A stretch of DNA of 64,000 nt. Source: a bacterium. Lineage in GTDB: Bacteria; Electryoneota; Electryoneia; Electryoneales; Electryoneaceae. Under the pieces are notes generated by a model. It was not told the DNA's origin. It saw nothing but the letters and a program-made list of their open reading frames with translations, and searched no databases. A program made the translations under genes and the position numbers. Where the stretch lies: NCBI GenBank assembly GCA_963669175.1, contig OY769902.1:2336001-2400000 (forward strand), given 5' to 3'. Shown here one piece after another: positions 29,081 through 38,916 of the stretch. Each line of letters opens with the position of its first letter. The stretch's first letter is position 1.

Positions 29081-29224
29081 CGTTCGACTGAACCTTTCCG
29101 GAAACCTCAAAACAACCGTGCGGTTTACATAACCGCACGGTTCTGCAATGAAAGTGGTACCATACTATTGCGTATGGGTAGGCGTATCCGTAAGACGACA
29201 ACAGGATAGATCAGATCACTTCAT

Positions 29225-29436
29225 ATGCCACCGAAGGTGGAGCACTTGAATAGCGTGGTGCGCAAGCGCCGGGAACAAGTAACCTCAACCATGCCTGTCC
29301 CCGAATGGGACACACATAAGGTATATCGCACATGAAGAAGATTAGTGCGATCCCTTCAGGATCGTGGCGAGGGGTAGTCCCACATTTTCCCGGGGCTGAC
29401 GACCCGCGCTATTCATGTATCACCTCTTCGAGGTGG
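29225..29436. repeat. REP-like palindromic pair in a divergent intergenic region
   Basis: ccaccgaaggtgg, gtccccgaatgggac, gatcccttcagggatc-like and cacctcttcgaggtg hairpins; gaatagcg...cgctattc inverted arms. Confidence 0.55.
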
Positions 29437-29711
29437 AATAGTTAATTCTGCAAATACACATATTGCGCCTGAATCACTATGTCGCTTGCCCACACAAACC
29501 TGCAAAGCACCATAAAAGTACAATGCACCTGTGGAGGCTGCAATATCAAGACCCGGTTTCAACCTGTGCTCCCGGATTTGACATGGTGATATTCCAACAG
29601 GTTATCAGCACGAGCGGCTTGTTCAGAGACAAAAAGGTATTCGATTCAGCGTATGTTTATCCCTATCTTACTCACGCAAACATCTTTTCTTTGGGTTACC
29701 TGGAGAACACC

Positions 29712-31274
29712 ATGAGCACAGCTCATCAAATTCACCATCGTTTACTGGATGAACTTCAGAGAAAAATTACTGTTTCGAATCGAAATCAGCCAAAGATGAT
29801 GGTGTATGCCCCCTTTGACCGAACCCCCATCGGGCAGATTTTCAAGTGCGATCACACTGATGTTGAAGCGGCAGTCAAGCGTGGACGCATTGCCCAGAAA
29901 GAATGGGAGAAAATTCCGGTCCGCTCCCGGGCGACAGTATTTCTGTCGTTTATTAGATTATTGCGTGATCAGCAGCAGGAAATTCTTGATCTTGTCCAGC
30001 TTGAGACCGGCAAGGCACGAAAAAGCGCGTTCGAAGAAGTTGCTGATGTGATGAATACAACCCGCCACTATGTATACCACAGTGGCTGGAAGCTGATGCC
30101 AAAACTGCGCCGTGGTGTGCTGCCCACATTGACCTGGACCTGGGAAGTCCGTCATCCTGTGGGCGTAGTCGGTATGATAGCGCCGTGGAATTATCCGCTG
30201 ACACTGGCGATTACCGATGCCGTTCCCGCGATGATTGCCGGGAACGCAGTCGTGCTCAAACCGGCCGAACAAACCAGCTTTACCGCGTTGTGGGTGAAGA
30301 AAGTTCTTGAGGAAGCCGGAGTGCCGCCGGATCTTTTCCAGGTAGTTACCGGTACCGGGGCGCAGGCCGGGATGGCTGTCGCAGAGTTGTCCGATTTCGT
30401 GCAATTTACCGGGAGTACGGCAACCGGGCGGAAAGTGGCGCAAGTGGCTGCGAAACGTCTTGTTGGATCATCCATGGAGCTTGGGGGCAAGAACTCCATG
30501 CTGGTGTTGTCGGACGCGAACCTGCGAAAAACTGCAAAAGGAGCAGTAAACGCCTGCTTCTCCAATGCCGGTCAATTGTGCATCTCAGCGGAGCGCATCT
30601 TCGTTCACCAGTCCCTCTATGAAGAATTCCTGCGTCAGTTCACGGCCAGAATTCGCAAGATGAAGCTTGGACCGGGATATTCCTACAAAAAGGATATGGG
30701 CAGCCTGATAGGAAGGATGCAGTACAACAAGGTGCGTGACCATATTCTTGATGCAAAGAAAAAGGGCGCCGGGGTAGTTGTCGGCGGTCGTCCACGCCCT
30801 GATCTTGGTCCTTATTTTGTCGAACCGACAGTACTGACCCGTGTAACTCCCAGGATGAATCTGTATTACGAGGAGACCTTCGGGCCGGTTGTGGCAGTTT
30901 TTCCGTTCAGGTCCGTTGATGAAGCCATTGAGCAGATCAACGACACTCAGTACGGTCTGAACGCGAGTATCTGGACACGCGATACCCGGTTTGCACGTAA
31001 ACTAGCGGAACGAATCAAGACAGGGACTGTAAATATAAACGAAGGTTATGCTGCGGCCTGGGGATCAGTGGATGCGCCGATGGGCGGTTTCAAGGCTTCC
31101 GGTTTGGGACGCAGGCATGGACGCGAAGGCTTGCAGAAATTTACCGAGCCGCAGACCATTTCGATCCAGACACTAATCCCGGTCGGTGGACCTTCCTGGC
31201 TTTGCGCAAAAAGTTATGCGAAAATCATGTCGAAGGCGCTTGGATTGCTTGAAAAGATACCATTTGTTCGATAA
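29712..31274 (+). CDS. Aldehyde dehydrogenase (succinate-semialdehyde dehydrogenase-like)
   Basis: PWNYPL, LKPAEQT, FTGSTATG, MELGGKN, FSNAGQLCIS, EETFGPV, PMGGFKASGLGRRHG. ATG 29712 after GGAG. Confidence 0.92.
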   Translation: MSTAHQIHHRLLDELQRKITVSNRNQPKMMVYAPFDRTPIGQIFKCDHTDVEAAVKRGRIAQKEWEKIPVRSRATVFLSFIRLLRDQQQEILDLVQLETGKARKSAFEEVADVMNTTRHYVYHSGWKLMPKLRRGVLPTLTWTWEVRHPVGVVGMIAPWNYPLTLAITDAVPAMIAGNAVVLKPAEQTSFTALWVKKVLEEAGVPPDLFQVVTGTGAQAGMAVAELSDFVQFTGSTATGRKVAQVAAKRLVGSSMELGGKNSMLVLSDANLRKTAKGAVNACFSNAGQLCISAERIFVHQSLYEEFLRQFTARIRKMKLGPGYSYKKDMGSLIGRMQYNKVRDHILDAKKKGAGVVVGGRPRPDLGPYFVEPTVLTRVTPRMNLYYEETFGPVVAVFPFRSVDEAIEQINDTQYGLNASIWTRDTRFARKLAERIKTGTVNINEGYAAAWGSVDAPMGGFKASGLGRRHGREGLQKFTEPQTISIQTLIPVGGPSWLCAKSYAKIMSKALGLLEKIPFVR

Positions 31275-31325
31275 ATAGCATTTTTTTGGGGATAGAACCA
31301 GCAAAGACGCATGGGGGATGATAAC

Positions 31326-32426
31326 ATGGCCAATTCGATCTTTCTGACCGGTTTTCCCGGTTTCCTGGGAACAGCCCTTTTGCCAAGGATTCTGTTGCGG
31401 GAAAAGGCGTCTGTAAATGCGATCTGCCTGGTGCAACCCAAAATCAGGATGACGGCTGAGAAGCGTCTTCAAATCCTTACCAAGCGATACCCTGAGATCA
31501 AGGGAAGAGTGAAACTGGTTCCCGGTGACATCGGTCTGATCGGAGGCAAAGGGCTTCGAGAAGCACGGGTTCTTGTGAAAGATATCCGGGAGATTTACCA
31601 TTTTGCCGCCGTGTATGATCTGAGCGTGGATCGTTTGCTGGCGCTTAGGATCAATGTTGACGGCACAACCAACATGCTGGACTTTGCCGCGGAATGTTCA
31701 GGGCTGAAGCGTTTTCATTATGTCAGCACTTGTTATGTCAGCGGACGTTATGCCGGGCCATTTTACGAACGTGACCTGGATAAGGGACAGAAGTTCGACA
31801 ACGCCTATGAAGAGACTAAATTCCTGGCTGAAGTTGATGTTCAGGCGAGGATGAAAGAAGGGCTTCCGGTGACGATCTATCGTCCGGCGATTGTCATGGG
31901 CGATTCGAAGACCGGGTGGACGCAAAAATATGACGGCCCGTATTATGTGCTTCAGTGGTTGTTGCGTCATCCCAAATCGATAGCGTTCATGCCGGTAATC
32001 GGTGACCCGGAAAGGGCACGGGTGAATGTTGTCCCGAGTGATTATATCCTCGATGCGATGGAATATTTGAGCGGTATTGATGAAACGATTGGCCAAGTCT
32101 ATCAATTAAGCGATCCTGCACCGTTGACTGTTGATGAACTGCTCAAGCTTTTCGGCGAAGCGACCGGGAAATTCATGGTCAGGATTCCTCTGCCCTATTG
32201 CGCTGCAACAGGAGCAATCAACCATGTTCCGATTGTCGATGACCTGTTGCGTATTCCTGCTGCAACGATAGATTACTTCCTGAAGCCAACGCATTATATC
32301 AATGAGAAAACAACCCAGGTTCTCCAGAAGGGGGGCATCGTCTGTCCACCGCTTTCGGATTATATCCGGCCTCTGGTAGAGTATATGCGACGTCATCCGG
32401 GGGTTTCTTCAAAGGCGATGGTGTAA
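31326..32426 (+). CDS. Extended SDR (male-sterility/NAD-binding-4 reductase domain) protein
   Basis: FLTGFPGFLG, HFAAVYDL, NVDGT, YVSTCYVSG, YEETK (YxxxK), YRPAIVMGDS.TG. Confidence 0.88.
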   Translation: MANSIFLTGFPGFLGTALLPRILLREKASVNAICLVQPKIRMTAEKRLQILTKRYPEIKGRVKLVPGDIGLIGGKGLREARVLVKDIREIYHFAAVYDLSVDRLLALRINVDGTTNMLDFAAECSGLKRFHYVSTCYVSGRYAGPFYERDLDKGQKFDNAYEETKFLAEVDVQARMKEGLPVTIYRPAIVMGDSKTGWTQKYDGPYYVLQWLLRHPKSIAFMPVIGDPERARVNVVPSDYILDAMEYLSGIDETIGQVYQLSDPAPLTVDELLKLFGEATGKFMVRIPLPYCAATGAINHVPIVDDLLRIPAATIDYFLKPTHYINEKTTQVLQKGGIVCPPLSDYIRPLVEYMRRHPGVSSKAMV

Positions 32427-32487
32427 CACTTTAGTATGATAGTTGCTGGTTGCAGGTATTCGCGCTTGTCCAAAGGGTTTGGTTGAT

Positions 32488-35127
32488 ATGGCAGACATTC
32501 TACTAGTGAGTGCAAAGCATAATTGGACGAGGGCTGAACGTCTGAAGGAAGCATTTGAAAGCACAGACCATCCAATCACCATATCAGAACCGTTCTCTCC
32601 CAACCGCTTTACCGGGCAATCTTCAACACTTCCGGAACTGCTCCTTATTGATATCTCCATTATTCGCGAGAATGCTCCTTATTTGAAGGAGTTATACGAA
32701 TCGTTTGCCTGGCGTCTTCCCATCATTCTCCTGGTTGATCCGGATGACCGTTCGCATGCAATCTGCTTCATGCAGATCGAGGCCCGTGATTTTGTATACT
32801 GGGATGAACCTGATCTCCTGATGGTAACGGTTGAACGTGAATTGCAGGTCAAGGGTTTTCGCAGACTGGTCAGTGAGATTCAGCAGGAACGCGATCTCCT
32901 GCTCCAAAAGCATCGTACCCTCATCGAAACAGTTCCCATCGGCGTTGTCGAGCTGAACCGAAAAGGGATGATCACCTTTGCCAGCTCAGGTTTTCACCGG
33001 ATGTTCGGGTTCAATGATGGTGAGCTGACCCGGAAAAGCCTGGCGCGTCTGGTTCCCGGTTTGGACGCGCGTACTCGTTGGGAACGTCTGCTCAGACATC
33101 TCATCATGGAATACACGGAACCGGCGACAATCCACGGCGCATTTATGAGAAAGGACGGTCGTGTTCGTGACGTCGCTGTTGACTGGAATTATCGTTATGA
33201 CGAGAAGGGGAATATCAGCGGAATATTGGCAACCTGCGTCGATCTAACCGGGAAGAAGGAAGTTGAACGGATCGCGCAGCAGCATACAGAAGTGATTCAA
33301 GCGCTGCATATTGGGATTGTTGTCTGTTGTACCAGGGGTGTTGACAATTCCTTTTTCGTTCGTTCCGTGAATAGAGAAGCCTGCAAGAAGACCGGGAAAG
33401 ACCGAAAAATCCTGATAGACCAACCATTTCAGGAAGCGTTCCCGGCTTTTGTCGATGCCGGGTTGCTGGATTTGCTTCGCACAACACTTGAGACAGGGTT
33501 ACCCCAGAGCAAAAAGTCTATCACATACAGCGATGAATATGTTCAGGATCGAGTTTTCGCTATAGACGTCTTCCCTGTTTTTCCGGACTGTATTGGTATT
33601 GCTTTTGATGATGTCACCGAACAGGTCCATGCCTCCCAGGCGCTTCGTGATTCTGAAACCCGGTACCGCAGCCTGATCGAACAGTCAACCAGCGGTATAT
33701 ACCTGATGCGTGATGGACAAATCGAACTGGTTAACCGCAGGTTTACCGAGATGCTGGGGATTGCACCCGAGGAAGCTTATGACCCAGCTTTTAACCTGAA
33801 TATGTTTGTCGCAGATGACAGTAAGGAGTTGATGGAAAAACGCGCCCGTATGTTACTCCTGGGCGAGGAACTGCCTGAGCGTTTCGAGTTTACCCTGAGC
33901 ACCAGGTCCGGACAAACTATCCCTGTTGAAGCGGTTGTATCACAGATTTCCATACAGGGAAAACCGGCGGTACAGGGTATTCTGCGAGATATAACCGGAC
34001 GGCAGCGGACAGGCAAAGAACCCGCAAGGAAACTTGAAAAGACACAACAGGCGCTTCTGGCTTATTCAATAGAGCATGAAGCAGAATATTTGAGTGAATT
34101 TATTGCACTGATTAGCCAGGACTTCGCTTCAGATCCGGGCGCTGCAAGGGATTTTGCCATCTTGCAGGATTCCTACGGTCGAATTACACAGTATGCCAGC
34201 CAGCTTCTACATGATTTTAAGGATGAGAAGGATGAAATAGAAAGTCTTGATATCAATAAGGTTATCCAGACAGTAGCCGACCATCTCGGTTTGAAAACGA
34301 AGCAAGGAGAGAGGCTGCAATTACACTTGGTAGAAGAACAGCTCATTGTCAGGATAAAGCGCTGGGATATCCTGTCAATCTTGTTTGACAGTATTACGTT
34401 ATTACGGTTGGGCGGAAATGAGCAGGAAAGTGAATTACGTGTGGCGACTGCTCGAAAGCTGATCACAGATGAAAGTATTGGAATACCTTCCCCGCTGGAA
34501 GCAGGCGAATATGTCTGTTTGACGATTCGGGAAACGCATGCGTCCACGAACGATACTCCTTTTGAGTATGGCAGCCAGTATAGCAGGATGGCGCGGGAAA
34601 GATTACAGGCTGGCATTACTGGTTTACTGGCAGAATATGGTGGCGCTGCAAGGTTTTACATCGACGAAAACCGTGAGGAAGTTATCACCCTTTACCTGGC
34701 GTGTCATTCAAGGAAACAAGCCACCATCGCCAGCCTTGCTACTGTTGCCGGGGACAGCCATGCCGGAAAACTTATGATCGTCGATGACGATCCAATCGTC
34801 CTGAATACAATTACCAAACTTCTTCGTACAATGGGCTATGACGTGATCGAAGCGGATTCCACAGAACAGGCTTTGGAAGTGTACGACACCCTGGAAGATG
34901 GAATTTCGTTGTTGGTGACTGATGTTATGCTGCCCGGGGAAAATGGCATCGTATTGGCTGATAAACTCTGTGAGGTTCAACCTGATCTGAAAATCCTGTT
35001 TATTTCCGGCTACCATAACACCTCCCTGTTCGAGAAGGCTGTGCTGGAGCAAAGGGCGCCTTATCTTCAAAAGCCCTTTACACCCGGTGTTTTACTGCAT
35101 AAAATCCGGGAAGTACTCGAAACCTAA
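32488..35127 (+). CDS. REC-PAS-PAS-PAS-(degenerate HisKA/HATPase)-REC hybrid signalling protein
   Basis: Three PAS/PAC segments (ending CVDLT, FDDVT, LRDIT), C-terminal receiver with VDDD/TDVMLP/ISG/QKPF, kinase-like middle lacking the N, G1 and G2 boxes. Confidence 0.85.
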   Translation: MADILLVSAKHNWTRAERLKEAFESTDHPITISEPFSPNRFTGQSSTLPELLLIDISIIRENAPYLKELYESFAWRLPIILLVDPDDRSHAICFMQIEARDFVYWDEPDLLMVTVERELQVKGFRRLVSEIQQERDLLLQKHRTLIETVPIGVVELNRKGMITFASSGFHRMFGFNDGELTRKSLARLVPGLDARTRWERLLRHLIMEYTEPATIHGAFMRKDGRVRDVAVDWNYRYDEKGNISGILATCVDLTGKKEVERIAQQHTEVIQALHIGIVVCCTRGVDNSFFVRSVNREACKKTGKDRKILIDQPFQEAFPAFVDAGLLDLLRTTLETGLPQSKKSITYSDEYVQDRVFAIDVFPVFPDCIGIAFDDVTEQVHASQALRDSETRYRSLIEQSTSGIYLMRDGQIELVNRRFTEMLGIAPEEAYDPAFNLNMFVADDSKELMEKRARMLLLGEELPERFEFTLSTRSGQTIPVEAVVSQISIQGKPAVQGILRDITGRQRTGKEPARKLEKTQQALLAYSIEHEAEYLSEFIALISQDFASDPGAARDFAILQDSYGRITQYASQLLHDFKDEKDEIESLDINKVIQTVADHLGLKTKQGERLQLHLVEEQLIVRIKRWDILSILFDSITLLRLGGNEQESELRVATARKLITDESIGIPSPLEAGEYVCLTIRETHASTNDTPFEYGSQYSRMARERLQAGITGLLAEYGGAARFYIDENREEVITLYLACHSRKQATIASLATVAGDSHAGKLMIVDDDPIVLNTITKLLRTMGYDVIEADSTEQALEVYDTLEDGISLLVTDVMLPGENGIVLADKLCEVQPDLKILFISGYHNTSLFEKAVLEQRAPYLQKPFTPGVLLHKIREVLET

Positions 35128-35141
35128 CTGTTGGATTATCT

Positions 35142-36167
35142 ATGGCGAGAATTCTGGTTGTTTGTGGCGGGGACAACATGGAGCGTCGTGTGTCCCTGGC
35201 GTCCGGTGATGCGGTTGCACGTGGCCTGAAAGCTGCGGGCCATGATGTGGTAAAATTGGATACCGCTGCACCGACAAAACTTGCCAAACCGGATGAGACT
35301 TTCCTCGAAGGCGTGGTCGGTCCTACACCGCCGGATGAGTTGTCGCGCGCCAAATTGATGAGCAGTGGATGGGGAATGCTCGTCGGAACCATTGCCATGG
35401 CGGAACCGGATGCCGTTTTCCCGATTCTTCACGGGAGTTGGGGAGAAGACGGCCGTTTCCAGGCGTTGCTGGATATGATGGGAATTCCTTTCCTGGGAAG
35501 TGGAGTTCTGGCGTCCCAGCTTTGTATGAATAAGGTGATGACAAAGGAAATTGCCGAGAAGAATGAGCTCCCATTGGCCAAAGGCTTCATCGTTGATCTT
35601 GGGGCGTATGTTGAAGACGTTATCAAGCGTGCTTTTGAAGAACTTGGCAGCCCCGTAGTTGCTAAGCCGATGAGCAGCGGAAGCGCGTTGGATGTATTTA
35701 TCTGTGATGATGGCGATAAACTCAGGACTGCAATTCGCGCCATTCTGAAAAGCCGTGAACATCCCCTTCTGGAAGAATACATTCCGGGCAAAGAACTCAC
35801 CGTGGCTGTCCTGGACGGAAAAGCGCTGCCAGTGGTTGAAATCGCTCCAAAAACGAGTTTCTACGATTATACCCGGAAATACACCAAGGGCGAGACTGAA
35901 TATCTCTGCCCGGCGCCCATCCCGGACAAAGCAGCCCAGGAGCTGATGGATTATTCTGAACGCATCTTCGGCGCAGCCGGCTGCCGTCATGTTGCGCGAG
36001 CGGATTGGCGGTACGATCCCGAGTCCGGGTCGCTGGCGTTCCTGGAAGTTAACACAATTCCCGGCATGACAGATCTGTCACTGGTACCCATGGCGGCACG
36101 TGAAACCGGTCTGGATTTCCCTGCGTTGATGAATCGGTTTGTCGAATTGGCGCTCAAAAAGAAGTGA
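35142..36167 (+). CDS. ddl: D-alanine--D-alanine ligase
   Basis: GG...ERRVSL.SG, FPILHG..GEDG..Q, KP...GS, EEYIPGKE.TV, FYDY..KY, ARAD, LEVNTIPGMT..SL.P. Confidence 0.95.
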   Translation: MARILVVCGGDNMERRVSLASGDAVARGLKAAGHDVVKLDTAAPTKLAKPDETFLEGVVGPTPPDELSRAKLMSSGWGMLVGTIAMAEPDAVFPILHGSWGEDGRFQALLDMMGIPFLGSGVLASQLCMNKVMTKEIAEKNELPLAKGFIVDLGAYVEDVIKRAFEELGSPVVAKPMSSGSALDVFICDDGDKLRTAIRAILKSREHPLLEEYIPGKELTVAVLDGKALPVVEIAPKTSFYDYTRKYTKGETEYLCPAPIPDKAAQELMDYSERIFGAAGCRHVARADWRYDPESGSLAFLEVNTIPGMTDLSLVPMAARETGLDFPALMNRFVELALKKK

Positions 36168-36264
36168 AAAAAGTGAAGAAAGTGAAAAATGTGAAAAGGG
36201 AGGGGTTGCCAGCGGGTGTGTCCAGGGGAGTAAATCCCGGATAACATGAAGATGTGGCGAAAAA

Positions 36265-36336
36265 CGGGACTGTTACCTTTTCAAGCTATTGATTACAGGA
36301 CTGTCAATTCGGGGTTTGAGAAAAGGTAACTGTACC
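36265..36336. repeat. GGGACTG-type REP inverted pair
   Basis: gggactgttaccttttc...gaaaaggtaactgtacc; related arms at ~38682/38738, ~55815/55871, ~46921 and ~15083. Confidence 0.6.
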
Positions 36337-36868
36337 AGATTCTTCGCCTTTTACGCCGCAGTCACCATTTTGATAAGCTTTTGATCACACTGGAATTAAA
36401 TGCTGCCATCTGGAATATTACGGCTATTACGCTTTCGATTATAGCTGCATCATTGGTTATGATGAAAATGAAAAAACAAAAATAGTATCATGTGTTTGCT
36501 CCTTCTTTTGGGCTGCTCACAGGAATTTGTGCGTATTATCTACGAGTACGTTTCGTCAGGTCTTGACGTGATGCCGTTTTCGCGTTCTACTCCGCAATTT
36601 CAGACACCTGTCCGACTTCACACATGCTATTTCGCTTGATGGATCGTCATCAGGCATCACGTTGTGACCTGACGACAGCGAGAATGTTGAATCAGGTGGC
36701 AGGTCACAACGCGACAATAACAGGGCACGAGGTGGTTTCAGTATCATTGTGCATTCTGGAAAACACAGCAAAAGTCGAAGACGAAATGTCGCGTCAAGAC
36801 CTGCCACAACATTGCCCGGATGCACAAATTCTTGTGAGGGACCTTCTTTTGATTGTATCTTACATCTT

Positions 36869-38665
36869 ATGAATGAGCTTTCCCCTGAAACAGCGACCAG
36901 GCCTTATCAAACATGCAACCGATCATTGCATGTTTTCCTGCTACTCGTGTTCACCTGTCTTGTTGTCCATCCTGTAAACGCAGCCGTCATCCTTACCGAG
37001 ATCATGTACAATCCGGATGGCCCGGACTATTACACGGAGTATATCGAATGTTACAATACCGGTACTGGCGTGATTGACCTGCATGGCTGGATGATTGGGG
37101 ATGGGGATGAGGCCGATACACTGATCACACCGCCGGATCGCAGCACATCCATGCTGCTCCGGCCGGGGCATTACGCTCTTATCCTCGATGCCGGGTATTG
37201 GGAGAATGGCGAAAGTCTCTATGATGATTTTATCCCTGCGGATGCCCTGCTGCTGACCGTTTCCGATGCCGCCATAGGCAGCGGCGGACTGGGCAACAGC
37301 ACACCGGAAACAGTGCAGTTGTTTGATGCGTTTGGGGATGTTGTCAGTCAACGGACTTACCGTATCGGCGCAGAACAGGGGTGTAGCGAAGAGTGCATTC
37401 TCCTCAACGGCGATTCAAGTAACGCGAATTGGACGTTTTCAGATTTCGGCGGCTCACCCGGCTATGAGAACACCGTATCCCTGCCGGATTTTGACCTCGC
37501 GGTGGATTCACTTCGTCTCTCTATCAACCGAAGCGAGAATGATGCAGCCTATGATCTGATCATTGAGGGGGGGATCAGGAATACAGGCTTGCAGGTAGCC
37601 CAATCTACGCAACTTGCGCTTTATATGGACCGTCATCGCCGTGGACACTGGGAGCTGGCTGGAGATTGGACTGTCCCTGCCCTGGATTTTGGTTATGTGT
37701 ATCCTGTCGATGCACGGTTGGAACAAGTCCCGGGTGGACGCCTGGATGTGCAAATCAGACTGGTTACAACGGATGATGACACGACCAATAATGTCGCATG
37801 TGCTTTCGTCCATGTGCCCTTCGAAGCAGGCGTTGTCCGGTTTTCAGAGCTTATGCCGGCCCCGCCGGAAGAAATCGCCGTCGAATGGTTTGAACTGCTG
37901 AACTCTTCGAACGAATCCAACCTGCCGCTCGCTGGCTGGACCATTACAGACGAATCCGGGAGGATAGCAAGCCTGGATTCGATATTGAACATCAATCCCG
38001 TCTTTGGTGAGGATGGGAGCTGGAAATACCTGGTCGTAGCGCAGAACGAAACGATCCTGAACTGGCCGGGGATTGATGCTGCAAGAGTTGTAATCCCGGA
38101 AAGCTGGCCGTCGTTGAACGATGATGGCGATGTCCTGACGCTTTCAGATCCGACAGGGCAAAGAATTGATATTGCCGAGTATTCGGAAGCCGAATCCGGA
38201 ATCAGTTTTATTCGGCGTGATTGGCATGAGAAGCCGTATCCCGGTGATTGGATTGTCATCAGTGATCCCACTGAAGCATCGCCCGGCGAACCGAACCGAA
38301 TTTCCCCGTATGAACCTGGGACAAGCCCTGAGGTTGTTGAAGCAGGCGCTCCTGTCCTGAGCATTTCTCCGAATCCCTTTTCACCGGATGGAGATGGACG
38401 TGAAGATGAAGTCCTGTTTCACTTTGGCGTCGCCTCTGAGCAAATCGAAGTGACCCTGCGCCTGTTTGATGTGAATGGACGTCGGTTGGCGACACTGATG
38501 CGTTCTACTGTTTTACCTGGAAATGGTGTTTGGAGCTGGGATGGGCGAGTAGACGGCTACGGCTATCTCCCGGCAGGGATTTATGTCTATCACGCGGAAA
38601 TCAGGGATGCAAACGGCTCTGGTAAATGGGAAACCAAAGGGACGCTGGTTTCAGCGCGGAAGTAG
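36869..38665 (+). CDS. Secreted lamin-tail-domain protein (2 LTD plus CARDB-like) with FlgD-Ig/T9SS-like C-terminal domain
   Basis: ILTEIMYNP...EYIECYN, RFSELMPAP...EWFELLN, LNDDGD.L.L.D..G..ID, ASPGEPN, PNPFSPDGDGRED, WDG...AGIY. Start uncertain. Confidence 0.85.
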   Translation: MNELSPETATRPYQTCNRSLHVFLLLVFTCLVVHPVNAAVILTEIMYNPDGPDYYTEYIECYNTGTGVIDLHGWMIGDGDEADTLITPPDRSTSMLLRPGHYALILDAGYWENGESLYDDFIPADALLLTVSDAAIGSGGLGNSTPETVQLFDAFGDVVSQRTYRIGAEQGCSEECILLNGDSSNANWTFSDFGGSPGYENTVSLPDFDLAVDSLRLSINRSENDAAYDLIIEGGIRNTGLQVAQSTQLALYMDRHRRGHWELAGDWTVPALDFGYVYPVDARLEQVPGGRLDVQIRLVTTDDDTTNNVACAFVHVPFEAGVVRFSELMPAPPEEIAVEWFELLNSSNESNLPLAGWTITDESGRIASLDSILNINPVFGEDGSWKYLVVAQNETILNWPGIDAARVVIPESWPSLNDDGDVLTLSDPTGQRIDIAEYSEAESGISFIRRDWHEKPYPGDWIVISDPTEASPGEPNRISPYEPGTSPEVVEAGAPVLSISPNPFSPDGDGREDEVLFHFGVASEQIEVTLRLFDVNGRRLATLMRSTVLPGNGVWSWDGRVDGYGYLPAGIYVYHAEIRDANGSGKWETKGTLVSARK

Positions 38666-38761
38666 AAAAGGTGGTATGGAAAAAGGGGACTGCCTCCTTT
38701 CCCTTGGATCAAGTCTTCGCGCTGTGTTTATTGTTCGGGAAAGGTGGCTGTACCCTTTTTC

Positions 38762-38895
38762 AAGAGTAAACTAGGAAGAGTAAACTAGGGACGACAGTAA
38801 ACTAGGGTAAACTAGGGACAGACGGTAGTTTATTTTATGATAATATGTTGTAATAACTGTATATATGACAAAAAAACTACCGTCTGTCCCTAGTT
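38762..38895. repeat. MITE-like element with a 22-bp perfect IR and stuttered left end
   Basis: aactagggacagacggtagttt (38810-38831) / aaactaccgtctgtccctagtt (38874-38895) around an AT-rich core; gtaaactagg occurs 4 times at the left end. Confidence 0.85.
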
Positions 38896-38916
38896 AAAAG
38901 AAACAAAGCCAGAATC

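Noticed and set aside
35136-35990. 284-aa - strand ORF
   Set aside because: Antisense to ddl.
35142-36167. Vancomycin-resistance D-Ala-D-Lac ligase
   Set aside because: The omega loop keeps FYDY..KY (Tyr) as in D-Ala-D-Ala ligases, and there are no vanH/vanX neighbours.
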